Assembly: GCA_031254805.1 (NCBI GenBank)
Contig: JAIRTP010000078.1
Coordinates: 21,521 to 85,520 of the forward strand
Direction of reading: 5' to 3'
DNA from: Bacteroidales bacterium
GTDB taxonomy: Bacteria; Bacteroidota; Bacteroidia; Bacteroidales; WRLA01
DNA length: 64,000 nucleotides
Under the pieces are notes generated by a model, which was not told where the DNA came from, did no database searches, and saw only the letters and a list, made by a program, of their open reading frames with translations. Both the position numbers and the translations under genes were made by a program. Every line of letters begins with the position of its first letter. Position 1 is the stretch's first letter. Of this stretch, positions 8,277 to 16,183 are shown in pieces.

Positions 8277-9023
8277 TTATTCTACATAAACGGCTTCAAA
8301 AACGGCTAACGGAGCCATTTTTGCTTTGTTGAGCGTCATTTTTTCACCGTTCATACTGTAATTGTCTATATTTTCTAATATTTCCAAGAAAGCGGTTTCT
8401 GTTTCCATGTCGATACAAGCCATTTGAGTAGTAGCTATTTTTGAAAAACGAAGGCGTCCGGTAGCTTCGTCCAATTCATAAGCCGCGGTAAAATTATTGC
8501 ACCCTCCGTTGCCAAAGGCGCGGCCTTCTTTTGTGTCGATTGTGATGAACGCTTTATTGTCTGTAATGGCTTTTCCCGATAGTTCGGTTAATTTCCAACG
8601 TCTGTTCGATATGCCGTCAAACTCTTTTTTCAAAAGAATATAATTGAGAGCCAAAACGCCTGAGATCTTTTTCCCATTCATATCCAATTGAACTAAATTA
8701 TGATTTTCATAGAGATATTTGGACGGTCTATCGGTAATGTTTTCTAAAGTAATTTCTCTTTTTTTGCCGTCGATGGTATACTTTCCGAATTCTTGAAAAA
8801 TTTCAATGCCTTTACCTTGATAAGTAGTTTGAAGTAGATAAGTCATATCTTCATTCAATTTTAAAGCAGTAGAAATTCCCTCGCAATCTGCGCACGGCAT
8901 TACTCCGACATATACTCCTTTTAGAGTTTTAGCGTCTAAATTTTGCTTTTTCTCCTTTGATTGGCATGCGCCGAATACCAATATGGAGACTAATGCTAAA
9001 CCGATAAAATCCTTTACTTTCAT
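8277..9023 (-). CDS. NlpE-N-like / META (HslJ-like) domain lipoprotein
   Basis: Lipobox LVFGAC. CxDCxG motif (MPCADCEGI) of the NlpE N-domain. C-terminal META-like GNGGCNNF...TTQMAC. Confidence 0.8.
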   Translation of the reverse strand: MKVKDFIGLALVSILVFGACQSKEKKQNLDAKTLKGVYVGVMPCADCEGISTALKLNEDMTYLLQTTYQGKGIEIFQEFGKYTIDGKKREITLENITDRPSKYLYENHNLVQLDMNGKKISGVLALNYILLKKEFDGISNRRWKLTELSGKAITDNKAFITIDTKEGRAFGNGGCNNFTAAYELDEATGRLRFSKIATTQMACIDMETETAFLEILENIDNYSMNGEKMTLNKAKMAPLAVFEAVYVE

Positions 9024-9153
9024 TTTTTTATTTTTTAATTTGTTATTTAATCTTTTTTATACATAATTAATCTTTTTCTACATAGACAAAAATAGAACGC
9101 ATTTGTTCAATAAAAATGACAAAATTAAAAAGGATATAGCAAATCCGTTTTTA

Positions 9154-9378
9154 TTACTCCGACAAAGTGTCAAAAATATCTAATTGTTTCGGATGAACAT
9201 AAGGTTTAGCGTTTTTTTCGGGTACATAGCTGGTGTATCGATCAATAGATCTTTTGATTAACTTAATGGGACTAATGCCGTGATGTTTACAAAATTGATT
9301 CAATGCACGTTTTTGTTGCTTACTCAATTTAAACGAGATCTGAACAAATTGTACAGGTTTGTTTTTTTTTCGTTTCAT
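9154..9378 (-). CDS. small basic protein, ribbon-helix-helix-like (74 aa)
   Basis: Pattern VQISFKLS (strand) then KQQKRALNQFCKHHG and SPIKLIKRSIDRY (helices). Own TAAATTTG box 35 nt upstream. Confidence 0.6.
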   Translation of the reverse strand: MKRKKNKPVQFVQISFKLSKQQKRALNQFCKHHGISPIKLIKRSIDRYTSYVPEKNAKPYVHPKQLDIFDTLSE

Positions 9379-9413
9379 GACTTTTTTAATTATGATCGAC
9401 CGACAAACAGATG

Positions 9414-9421
9414 CAAATTTA
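9414..9421 (-). promoter_or_regulatory. -7 box TAAATTTG for 74-aa gene
   Basis: TAnnTTTG, 35 nt upstream of ATG 9378. Confidence 0.4.
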
Positions 9422-9503
9422 CTTAATTATTTGTTGCAATAACAAGAAAACATGAAATCTACAGTATCGCTGGCAATTTTATTATCTGAAGAAATAAGAA
9501 CTC

Positions 9504-10403
9504 CTAATTTTGTCGCTTAAATAAAGTCTCTTTTTCTCTCTTGGAAAGCGCATCGTAGCCGTGTTTTGATATTTTATCCAAAATCCGATTTATTTCGTCT
9601 TGTTCCTCTTTCTTTTTAAGATTGTACATTTCATCATTTAACGGACGTTGTCGCTGTGCATTATTTCTCTTTTTTTGAAAAATATTTTTGAAAAAACGAG
9701 AAATGGCGGAAAATGTAAAAAAGCCTTTCCGTAAATTCCAAGCATATAATATTCCGAACAAGGCGCCTCCTAAATGCGAGATATGGCCTCCGGGGTTTCC
9801 ATGCGGTATTGAAATAAGGTCGATAAACAAATAGATTAACGCGAAATAGATCAATCGCACTCTTCCGAAAAACATTCTGTAATTCGGCGCATAGAATGAA
9901 ATGGCCGCAACAATAGCCATTACGGCGGCGGAAGCGCCTAAAGTGCGCGAACCCTCAAGCGATAATAAAAATACCGGAAAAATATTATACGATAAAACAT
10001 ATAAAAAAGCCCCGAAAATTCCACCCCAAAGATAAATTGAAAGTAATTTTTTCTGACTAAGAAACTCTAAAAATATTTTTCCAAACCAAAACAACCACAA
10101 CATATTAAATAAAATATGCAGTAAGTCGAGATGAGAAAACATGTAAGTAATCAGAGTCCACGGACGTGCAATGAGCGTCGGAAAATAAGCGGAAACGCCT
10201 AAAATATTGATCGCCGCCAAATGCACATATTCTTGCTGAACATTGAACAGCCAAGAAACAAGCGTGATAATGGTTATCATCAACCATATTGCAACGTTAA
10301 TGATAATGAGTATGGAAAGCGTTGAGCCAGACTGGAAAAACGCTTTAAAGTTACTTCCAAGCGAATTTCTTTGATAAGGATTTTGATAAAAATTGTAGTT
10401 CAT
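9504..10403 (-). CDS. rhomboid-family intramembrane serine protease
   Basis: Multi-TM protein. Catalytic GASAAVMA (GxSx) and HLGGALFG motifs. Charged C-terminal tail. Confidence 0.85.
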   Translation of the reverse strand: MNYNFYQNPYQRNSLGSNFKAFFQSGSTLSILIIINVAIWLMITIITLVSWLFNVQQEYVHLAAINILGVSAYFPTLIARPWTLITYMFSHLDLLHILFNMLWLFWFGKIFLEFLSQKKLLSIYLWGGIFGAFLYVLSYNIFPVFLLSLEGSRTLGASAAVMAIVAAISFYAPNYRMFFGRVRLIYFALIYLFIDLISIPHGNPGGHISHLGGALFGILYAWNLRKGFFTFSAISRFFKNIFQKKRNNAQRQRPLNDEMYNLKKKEEQDEINRILDKISKHGYDALSKREKETLFKRQN

Positions 10404-10437
10404 CTCCCTGCTTTATGTCCCATGGAGCGTAATGTGA

Positions 10438-11043
10438 TTATTTTTTTTCCCAAACGTTTGTAATAACTCCAATATAGATTCGATGAAAATCTTTTTCGGC
10501 ATATATTTTGGCTGGAATACTCGCGTCCAAGAAATTTTCTTCTTTGAAAAAGTCGACATAGATCTTTTTACATTCAATGATCAGGCGCGCTTCTTCATAC
10601 GAAATATTTCCGGAAGGCAATATTTTTTTTGTAAAACCGGATCCTTTTAATTTATCCTCGTCGCGTCCGGAAACAGTTCCTAAATATTGCAATTGATCGC
10701 GATATTTTTCATCGAAAAAGGAGAGCGTAAAAGTATCTTCTTTTTCGGTAAAATTAAAAGTATGCCGTTGAGGGCGCACAAAACAGAAGGCGGTCGGTCT
10801 TTCCCATAATGTTCCAAGCATTCCCCAGCTTGCCGTCATCATGTTAAAATCATCCGCTTCGCCTGCGGTGATAATTGCCCAAACATCGTGAAAAAGAGCT
10901 ATACTGTTATCGCTAATTTCTTCGGGATTAATTTGCTTCCACTCTTTTGTTTGATTTTCATCCATTTTTTTTACATTTTCATTTTTGCAGCCGCAAAACA
11001 GTACGAATACGGCTATTACTGAAATAGATAAGATACGTTGCAT
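10438..11043 (-). CDS. flavin-reductase-like (FMN split-barrel) protein with lipoprotein-type signal
   Basis: MQRILSISVIAVFVLFCGC signal/lipobox, then MMTASWGMLGTLWERPTAFCFVRPQRHTFNF typical of the flavin reductase family. TAAATTTG box 22 nt upstream supports the long start. Confidence 0.75.
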   Translation of the reverse strand: MQRILSISVIAVFVLFCGCKNENVKKMDENQTKEWKQINPEEISDNSIALFHDVWAIITAGEADDFNMMTASWGMLGTLWERPTAFCFVRPQRHTFNFTEKEDTFTLSFFDEKYRDQLQYLGTVSGRDEDKLKGSGFTKKILPSGNISYEEARLIIECKKIYVDFFKEENFLDASIPAKIYAEKDFHRIYIGVITNVWEKK

Positions 11044-11065
11044 ATTATTATATTTTTTAACGCTG

Positions 11066-11073
11066 CAAATTTA
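11066..11073 (-). promoter_or_regulatory. -7 box TAAATTTG for flavin-reductase-like gene
   Basis: TAnnTTTG, 22 nt upstream of ATG 11043. Confidence 0.4.
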
Positions 11074-11105
11074 TGCGAAATATCTGAATTTTACTTAAAA
11101 AGTTT

Positions 11106-11113
11106 TACTTTTG
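11106..11113 (+). promoter_or_regulatory. -7 box TACTTTTG for cutC
   Basis: TAnnTTTG, 19 nt upstream of ATG 11133. Confidence 0.4.
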
Positions 11114-11132
11114 TCAATACAATCTTTGCATC

Positions 11133-11888
11133 ATGGAGGAGAATAGAATGTTATTAGAAGTTTGCGCCGACTCTATTGATTCTGCGCTCATTGCTCAGTC
11201 GGCGGGAGCATATCGCATAGAGTATTGCAATGCTCTCTCGGACGGCGGAATTACGCCCTCTTATGCGCAAATAGAGACGGCCAGAAAACTTTTACATATA
11301 AAATTGTACGTTTTGATACGTCCTCGAGGAGGAGATTTTCTTTACGACGACATGGAGTTTGAGATGATGCGGGCGGAAATTGAATTTTGCGGACGTATAA
11401 AATGCGACGGCGTCGTTATCGGAATTCTGAATGCCGACGGAACGGTTGACACAAAACGTTGCAAAGAATTAATACGCATAGCTCATTCTTACAAAATGGG
11501 CGTTACGTTTCATCGCGCTTTCGATCGTTGTTCAGATTTCTTTCAGGGATTGGAGGATATTGTTGAATTAGGTTGCGAACGTATTTTAACGTCGGGAAGT
11601 AGAAACAGCGCCGTTGAAGGAACACATATTATAAGATCGCTTGTCGAACAAGCCGGTCAACGAATCTCAATCATGCCGGGAGCGGGAATTATGCCCGAAA
11701 ACGCGGAAGCATTGATTCAAAATACCGGAGTGAAAGAATTGCACGGAACATTCCGAAGTCGCTATCCGAGCAATATGACCTATCATAATCCCTTTCTCTC
11801 TCATCCGGAAAAGGAATATGGAATTATGCGAACAGATTATTTCAAAGTAAGGGAAATGATCGATATTATTGAGAAATTTAATAACTAA
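11133..11888 (+). CDS. cutC: copper homeostasis protein CutC
   Basis: LEVCADS..GAYRIEYC..GGITPSY..GVTFHRAFD pattern of the CutC TIM-barrel family. Confidence 0.85.
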   Translation: MEENRMLLEVCADSIDSALIAQSAGAYRIEYCNALSDGGITPSYAQIETARKLLHIKLYVLIRPRGGDFLYDDMEFEMMRAEIEFCGRIKCDGVVIGILNADGTVDTKRCKELIRIAHSYKMGVTFHRAFDRCSDFFQGLEDIVELGCERILTSGSRNSAVEGTHIIRSLVEQAGQRISIMPGAGIMPENAEALIQNTGVKELHGTFRSRYPSNMTYHNPFLSHPEKEYGIMRTDYFKVREMIDIIEKFNN

Positions 11889-11910
11889 CCGTAGAAACCA
11901 AGTAGAAATC

Positions 11911-14589
11911 ATGAAACAAATTCTTAAAATTATCGGAATCACGTTTTTGCTAGCTTTTGTAGTAATTTCTTGTAATAACGAGAAAGACAAGAAGCAACAT
12001 TTTTTAAAAGATGCGACGTATCGCCAACAAGTTCACAATCAGTTTTTAAAAAGACAAAATGAAGCGCGGCATAGAAGCGAAGCCTTGTTTTCCGTTTTTG
12101 AAAAAAGCAGCCTCGGTCTGGAACAAAGAGAAGCTTTGGAATTTCTTTATGCATATATGCCGTTATCTGATTTAGCAGATTACGACGGAGAATTTTTCTT
12201 GAAACAAGTTGAAGCCGCATTTGCCGCCCGAGATTATTTTTCTTGGGGGCAAACCATTCCGGAAGATATTTTCAGGCATTTTGTTTTGGTTTACAGGGTG
12301 AATAATGAATATTTAGACACGGCTCGTTTGGCATTTTTTGGAGAATTAAGAGATCGCGTGAAAGATCTTTCAATGATGGAAGCTGCCTTGGAAGTCAATC
12401 ATTGGTGTCATGAAAAAGTCACTTATCGCGCTACCGATGGGAGAACTTCTGCGCCGTTAGCGTTAGTGAAAACCTCTTGGGGACGTTGCGGCGAAGAATC
12501 TACCTTTACAGTAACTGCGCTTCGTGCGGTCGGCATTCCAGCGCGTCAATGTTATACGCCGCGTTGGGTTCATACCAATGACAATCACGCTTGGGTAGAA
12601 GTCTGGATTGATGGAAATTGGCGCTATTTGGGAGCTTGCGAGCCGGAAGCGGAATTGGACGCAGCTTGGTTCACTGCACCGGCAAAACGCGCTATGATGG
12701 TGCATACCAATGTTTTCGGATTATATAACGGCCCTGAGGAGAAAAATAAAGAGACGCCTTTATATTCTATTATTAATTTGTTGGAAAATTATGCGCCCAC
12801 GCGCAAAGTAAATGTAAAAGTGATCGATCAGCAAGGAAATCCGGTAGATGGCGCCGACGTGCAATTTAAAGTATATAATTATGCCGAATTGTATCCGATC
12901 ACCAGAACAAAAACCAATGCGGAAGGAGAAACTTCGCTAATTTCAGGAATGGGAGATTTAATGATATGGGCAAATAAAGCCGATCTTTATGGATATATAA
13001 AATCCACAAAGAACGACGAATTGGTTACAGTTGTTTTAGATCGGACGCCCAATGTTGTGTATCAGGAAATATTCACGATGGAACCTCCTGTCGAACAGCG
13101 AATTCAAGAGTTAGATCCCGATAAGGTAGCCGTTAACAATCTTCGTTTACTTGAAGAAGATTCTATCCGAAATGCTTACATGAGTACTTTTGCAGGTAAA
13201 GCGTTTGCTTTTGACTTTTCGGCAAGTTTACATCTGGAAGGAGAAAATACATGGAAATTTTTGGAAATGGCGCAGGGAAATTGGCGCGAAATTGCTCATT
13301 TCATCCAGGCCCATAAGGATAATCCTTACTTGTTTCCATTTTTAGGATCTTTATTGGAGAAAGATTTGCGCGATACGCCGACAGAGTATTTGAGCGATCA
13401 TTTACGCAAAAAGGAAACGCTCGAAGTCGACGCTCAACTGCCTGACGATATTATTGTAAAATATATATTGTCCCCAAGAATATTGTTGGAATCGATCAAG
13501 CCGTGGCGCAGCTTTTTCCGACAAAGCGCCATCGCTAAAGAAATTGCAGGAGAACGACATGATATTCAATCTATTATCAAATATGTCAAAGAAAATATCC
13601 AAATAAACGATGCGGAAAATTATTATAATTGTTCACTTACTCCGCAGGGCGTTTATGAGTTAAAAATTGCAGATCGCCGTTCCCGCAATATTTTCTTTGT
13701 AGCTGTTTGCAGAAGTTTGAACATTCCTGCACGCATCGAAACGGCGACAGGAAAACCGCAATATTATGAAAACGGCGCATGGATCGACGTCGTATTTGAA
13801 ACTGCGGACAATGAAACTGTAACGCAACCTAAAGCATCGTTGACCATATTTAACGATCCATCCAATATAATTAATCCGGATTATTATATCCATTATACAT
13901 TGGCATTTTTTAAAGACGGCGATTTTCAAACGCTGGATTACGAAAACGATCCCGCCGTAGCAAAGTTTCCTTATCGGCTTGATTTGGACGAGGGCTATTA
14001 CAGATTGATGGCAGGAAGCCGCGCAAATGACGGTTCAGTAACAATTAGCGTCGAATATTTTGAAATAAGATCAGAAAAATCGCAAATTATTACCATCAAA
14101 TTACCGGAAGTAGTTGGAAAATTAGTAGTGCGCGGAAGTATCGACATGAACAGCGTCGTGGTTTTGGAAGATGGAAGTAAAAAATCGTTGAAAAATCTTG
14201 ACAATGGAAAAGGATTGATGTTGTGTTTTATAGATCCCGGCAAGGAACCGTCGAAACATCTTTTACAAGATATGCCCGCTCAAAAGAAAGCGTTGGAAGC
14301 GTGGGGAGGCGGTATTTTGATCATGACGCCGGAAGATAAATTGAGCGGCGTTTTCGACGCTTCTGTTTTCAAAGATTTACCGAAACAAATTGTATGGGGA
14401 ATCGATCATGAACGCACATTATTGAATAATGTTTCGGATGTATTGCAGTTGGATTTTAAAAATAATTTTCCGATGACAATTTATCTCTCTACAAACGGCG
14501 GAATTCTTTATGATACGGAAGGATATAAAATAGGCATCGGCGAGGAAGTACTAAAAACCATTTCTTTGGAAAAAGAAAGTTTAAAATAA
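11911..14589 (+). CDS. large transglutaminase-core lipoprotein (892 aa)
   Basis: Start moved to MKQILKIIGITFLLAFVVISC (lipobox; cutC ends at 11888). Core SWGRCGEESTF..GIPARQCYTP..DNHAWVEVWIDGNW. Paralogous to 6942..8138. Confidence 0.85.
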   Translation: MKQILKIIGITFLLAFVVISCNNEKDKKQHFLKDATYRQQVHNQFLKRQNEARHRSEALFSVFEKSSLGLEQREALEFLYAYMPLSDLADYDGEFFLKQVEAAFAARDYFSWGQTIPEDIFRHFVLVYRVNNEYLDTARLAFFGELRDRVKDLSMMEAALEVNHWCHEKVTYRATDGRTSAPLALVKTSWGRCGEESTFTVTALRAVGIPARQCYTPRWVHTNDNHAWVEVWIDGNWRYLGACEPEAELDAAWFTAPAKRAMMVHTNVFGLYNGPEEKNKETPLYSIINLLENYAPTRKVNVKVIDQQGNPVDGADVQFKVYNYAELYPITRTKTNAEGETSLISGMGDLMIWANKADLYGYIKSTKNDELVTVVLDRTPNVVYQEIFTMEPPVEQRIQELDPDKVAVNNLRLLEEDSIRNAYMSTFAGKAFAFDFSASLHLEGENTWKFLEMAQGNWREIAHFIQAHKDNPYLFPFLGSLLEKDLRDTPTEYLSDHLRKKETLEVDAQLPDDIIVKYILSPRILLESIKPWRSFFRQSAIAKEIAGERHDIQSIIKYVKENIQINDAENYYNCSLTPQGVYELKIADRRSRNIFFVAVCRSLNIPARIETATGKPQYYENGAWIDVVFETADNETVTQPKASLTIFNDPSNIINPDYYIHYTLAFFKDGDFQTLDYENDPAVAKFPYRLDLDEGYYRLMAGSRANDGSVTISVEYFEIRSEKSQIITIKLPEVVGKLVVRGSIDMNSVVVLEDGSKKSLKNLDNGKGLMLCFIDPGKEPSKHLLQDMPAQKKALEAWGGGILIMTPEDKLSGVFDASVFKDLPKQIVWGIDHERTLLNNVSDVLQLDFKNNFPMTIYLSTNGGILYDTEGYKIGIGEEVLKTISLEKESLK

Positions 14590-14696
14590 ACGGATAACTC
14601 AATTGAAGTAATTTTACAATACTATATGGGGATTGGTTTTGCGCCCCAATTTTTATCGGACTGCGTATACATGAGGACTTTTATGTATATTTGTTA

Positions 14697-14704
14697 TACC
14701 TTTG
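14697..14704 (+). promoter_or_regulatory. -7 box TACCTTTG for sigma-54 activator gene
   Basis: TAnnTTTG, 28 nt upstream of ATG 14733. Confidence 0.45.
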
Positions 14705-14732
14705 TTGTTTGAAAAATATAAAATTATAAAGG

Positions 14733-15965
14733 ATGAATGTACAAGATATAAAAAGACGGTTTGAGATTATTGGACACGCTCCTGAATTGGATAGAGCGAT
14801 TGAAATTGCAATGCAGGTTGCTCCGACGTCCCTTTCCGTATTAATTACGGGAGAAAGCGGAGCAGGAAAAGAAGTTTTTCCAAAGATCATTCATCAATTA
14901 AGTACGCGTAAACATGGACAATATATCGCGGTAAACTGCGGCGCAATACCGGAAGGGACGATCGATTCCGAACTTTTCGGACATGAAAAAGGATCGTTTA
15001 CGGGAGCGCACGAAGCCAGAAAAGGTTATTTTGAGGTAGCCGACGGCGGAACGATATTTTTGGACGAAGTGGCCGAGCTTCCGCTCTCCACTCAAGTTCG
15101 TTTATTACGCGTTTTAGAGTCGGGCGAATTTTTGAAGGTCGGATCTTCGAAAGTTCAGAAAACGAATGTACGCGTTGTAGCGGCAACTAATGTCAACGTT
15201 CCCGAAGCTGTTCAGATGGGAAAATTTCGTCAAGATTTATATTATCGTTTAAATACGGTTCCGATCCACGTTCCGTCGTTACGAGAACGAAAAGAAGATA
15301 TTCCATTGTTATTCAGAAAATTTGCTATCGATTTTTCTGAAAAATACCGTATGCCCGCTGTGAAATTAGATGAAAAAGCGCAGCTTATGTTGAAAAATTA
15401 TTCATGGACGGGTAATATCCGTCAATTAAAAAATATCACAGAACAAATATCCATACTTGAACAGGAACGGTTAATTACCGCTGAGACGTTGAAAAAATAT
15501 CTTCCGCCGACTCCTTCCCGCGAGTTGCCGGTTCTTTATTCCGGAAAAGGGGACGATATGCCAGGCGTTTCTGAGCGAGACCTGCTTTATAAAGTGTTGT
15601 TTGATATGCGTAAAGATATTACCGATTTGAAACGCGTTGTCGCGGAATTGGCTTCCGAAAATCAACAATTGGCAGGAAAAGAACCTGTTTCAAGAGCGAT
15701 ACAGGCAATTCCTGAAAATCAAGAGTTTGTCATAATTCCTTCGACAGATTATGAAACGGACGACGCTTTACAATTTGACGACGCCGCTTTTCTTGCAGAA
15801 TCGGAGACGATCGAGGAACCGCTTTTGCTTAAAAACAGAGAAAAAGAGTTGATCGAAAAAGCGCTAAAACGACATAATGGTAAAAGAAAGCCCGCCGCAA
15901 AAGAATTGGGCGTTTCGGAAAGAACTTTGTATCGAAAAATTAAGGAATACGATATCAAAGAGTAA
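14733..15965 (+). CDS. sigma-54-dependent transcriptional activator (AAA+ plus Fis-type HTH, no sensory domain)
   Basis: Walker A GESGAGKE, ELFGHEKGSFTGA loop, Walker B IFLDEV, C-terminal HTH GVSERTLYRKIKEY. The AAA+ domain starts within ~10 aa of the N-terminus. Confidence 0.9.
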   Translation: MNVQDIKRRFEIIGHAPELDRAIEIAMQVAPTSLSVLITGESGAGKEVFPKIIHQLSTRKHGQYIAVNCGAIPEGTIDSELFGHEKGSFTGAHEARKGYFEVADGGTIFLDEVAELPLSTQVRLLRVLESGEFLKVGSSKVQKTNVRVVAATNVNVPEAVQMGKFRQDLYYRLNTVPIHVPSLRERKEDIPLLFRKFAIDFSEKYRMPAVKLDEKAQLMLKNYSWTGNIRQLKNITEQISILEQERLITAETLKKYLPPTPSRELPVLYSGKGDDMPGVSERDLLYKVLFDMRKDITDLKRVVAELASENQQLAGKEPVSRAIQAIPENQEFVIIPSTDYETDDALQFDDAAFLAESETIEEPLLLKNREKELIEKALKRHNGKRKPAAKELGVSERTLYRKIKEYDIKE

Positions 15966-16052
15966 TACGATTTGAATTCACTACCGACCGATGAATTTAA
16001 AAAGAATGCCGCCTTCCATTTACTATTACGTTTATTTTTAGGTATTTGAAGC

Positions 16053-16149
16053 TGTCTCAAAAGTTTTTTAACGCTATTTTTTCGGATACTTATCTGAGAT
16101 TGATTTCAAATATTCAATTCTCAAGGGCGAATGGGTAACTTTTGAGACA
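16053..16149. repeat. nested inverted-repeat element between convergent genes
   Basis: Perfect 13-bp arms TGTCTCAAAAGTT (16053-65) and AACTTTTGAGACA (16137-49), 71 nt apart. Inner 8-bp stem with bulge: GAGATTGA (16096-103) / TCAAtTCTC (16114-22). Confidence 0.55.
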
Positions 16150-16183
16150 ACTCCATTTTAGCATTAGTCGTTTGCAAAAAAGA

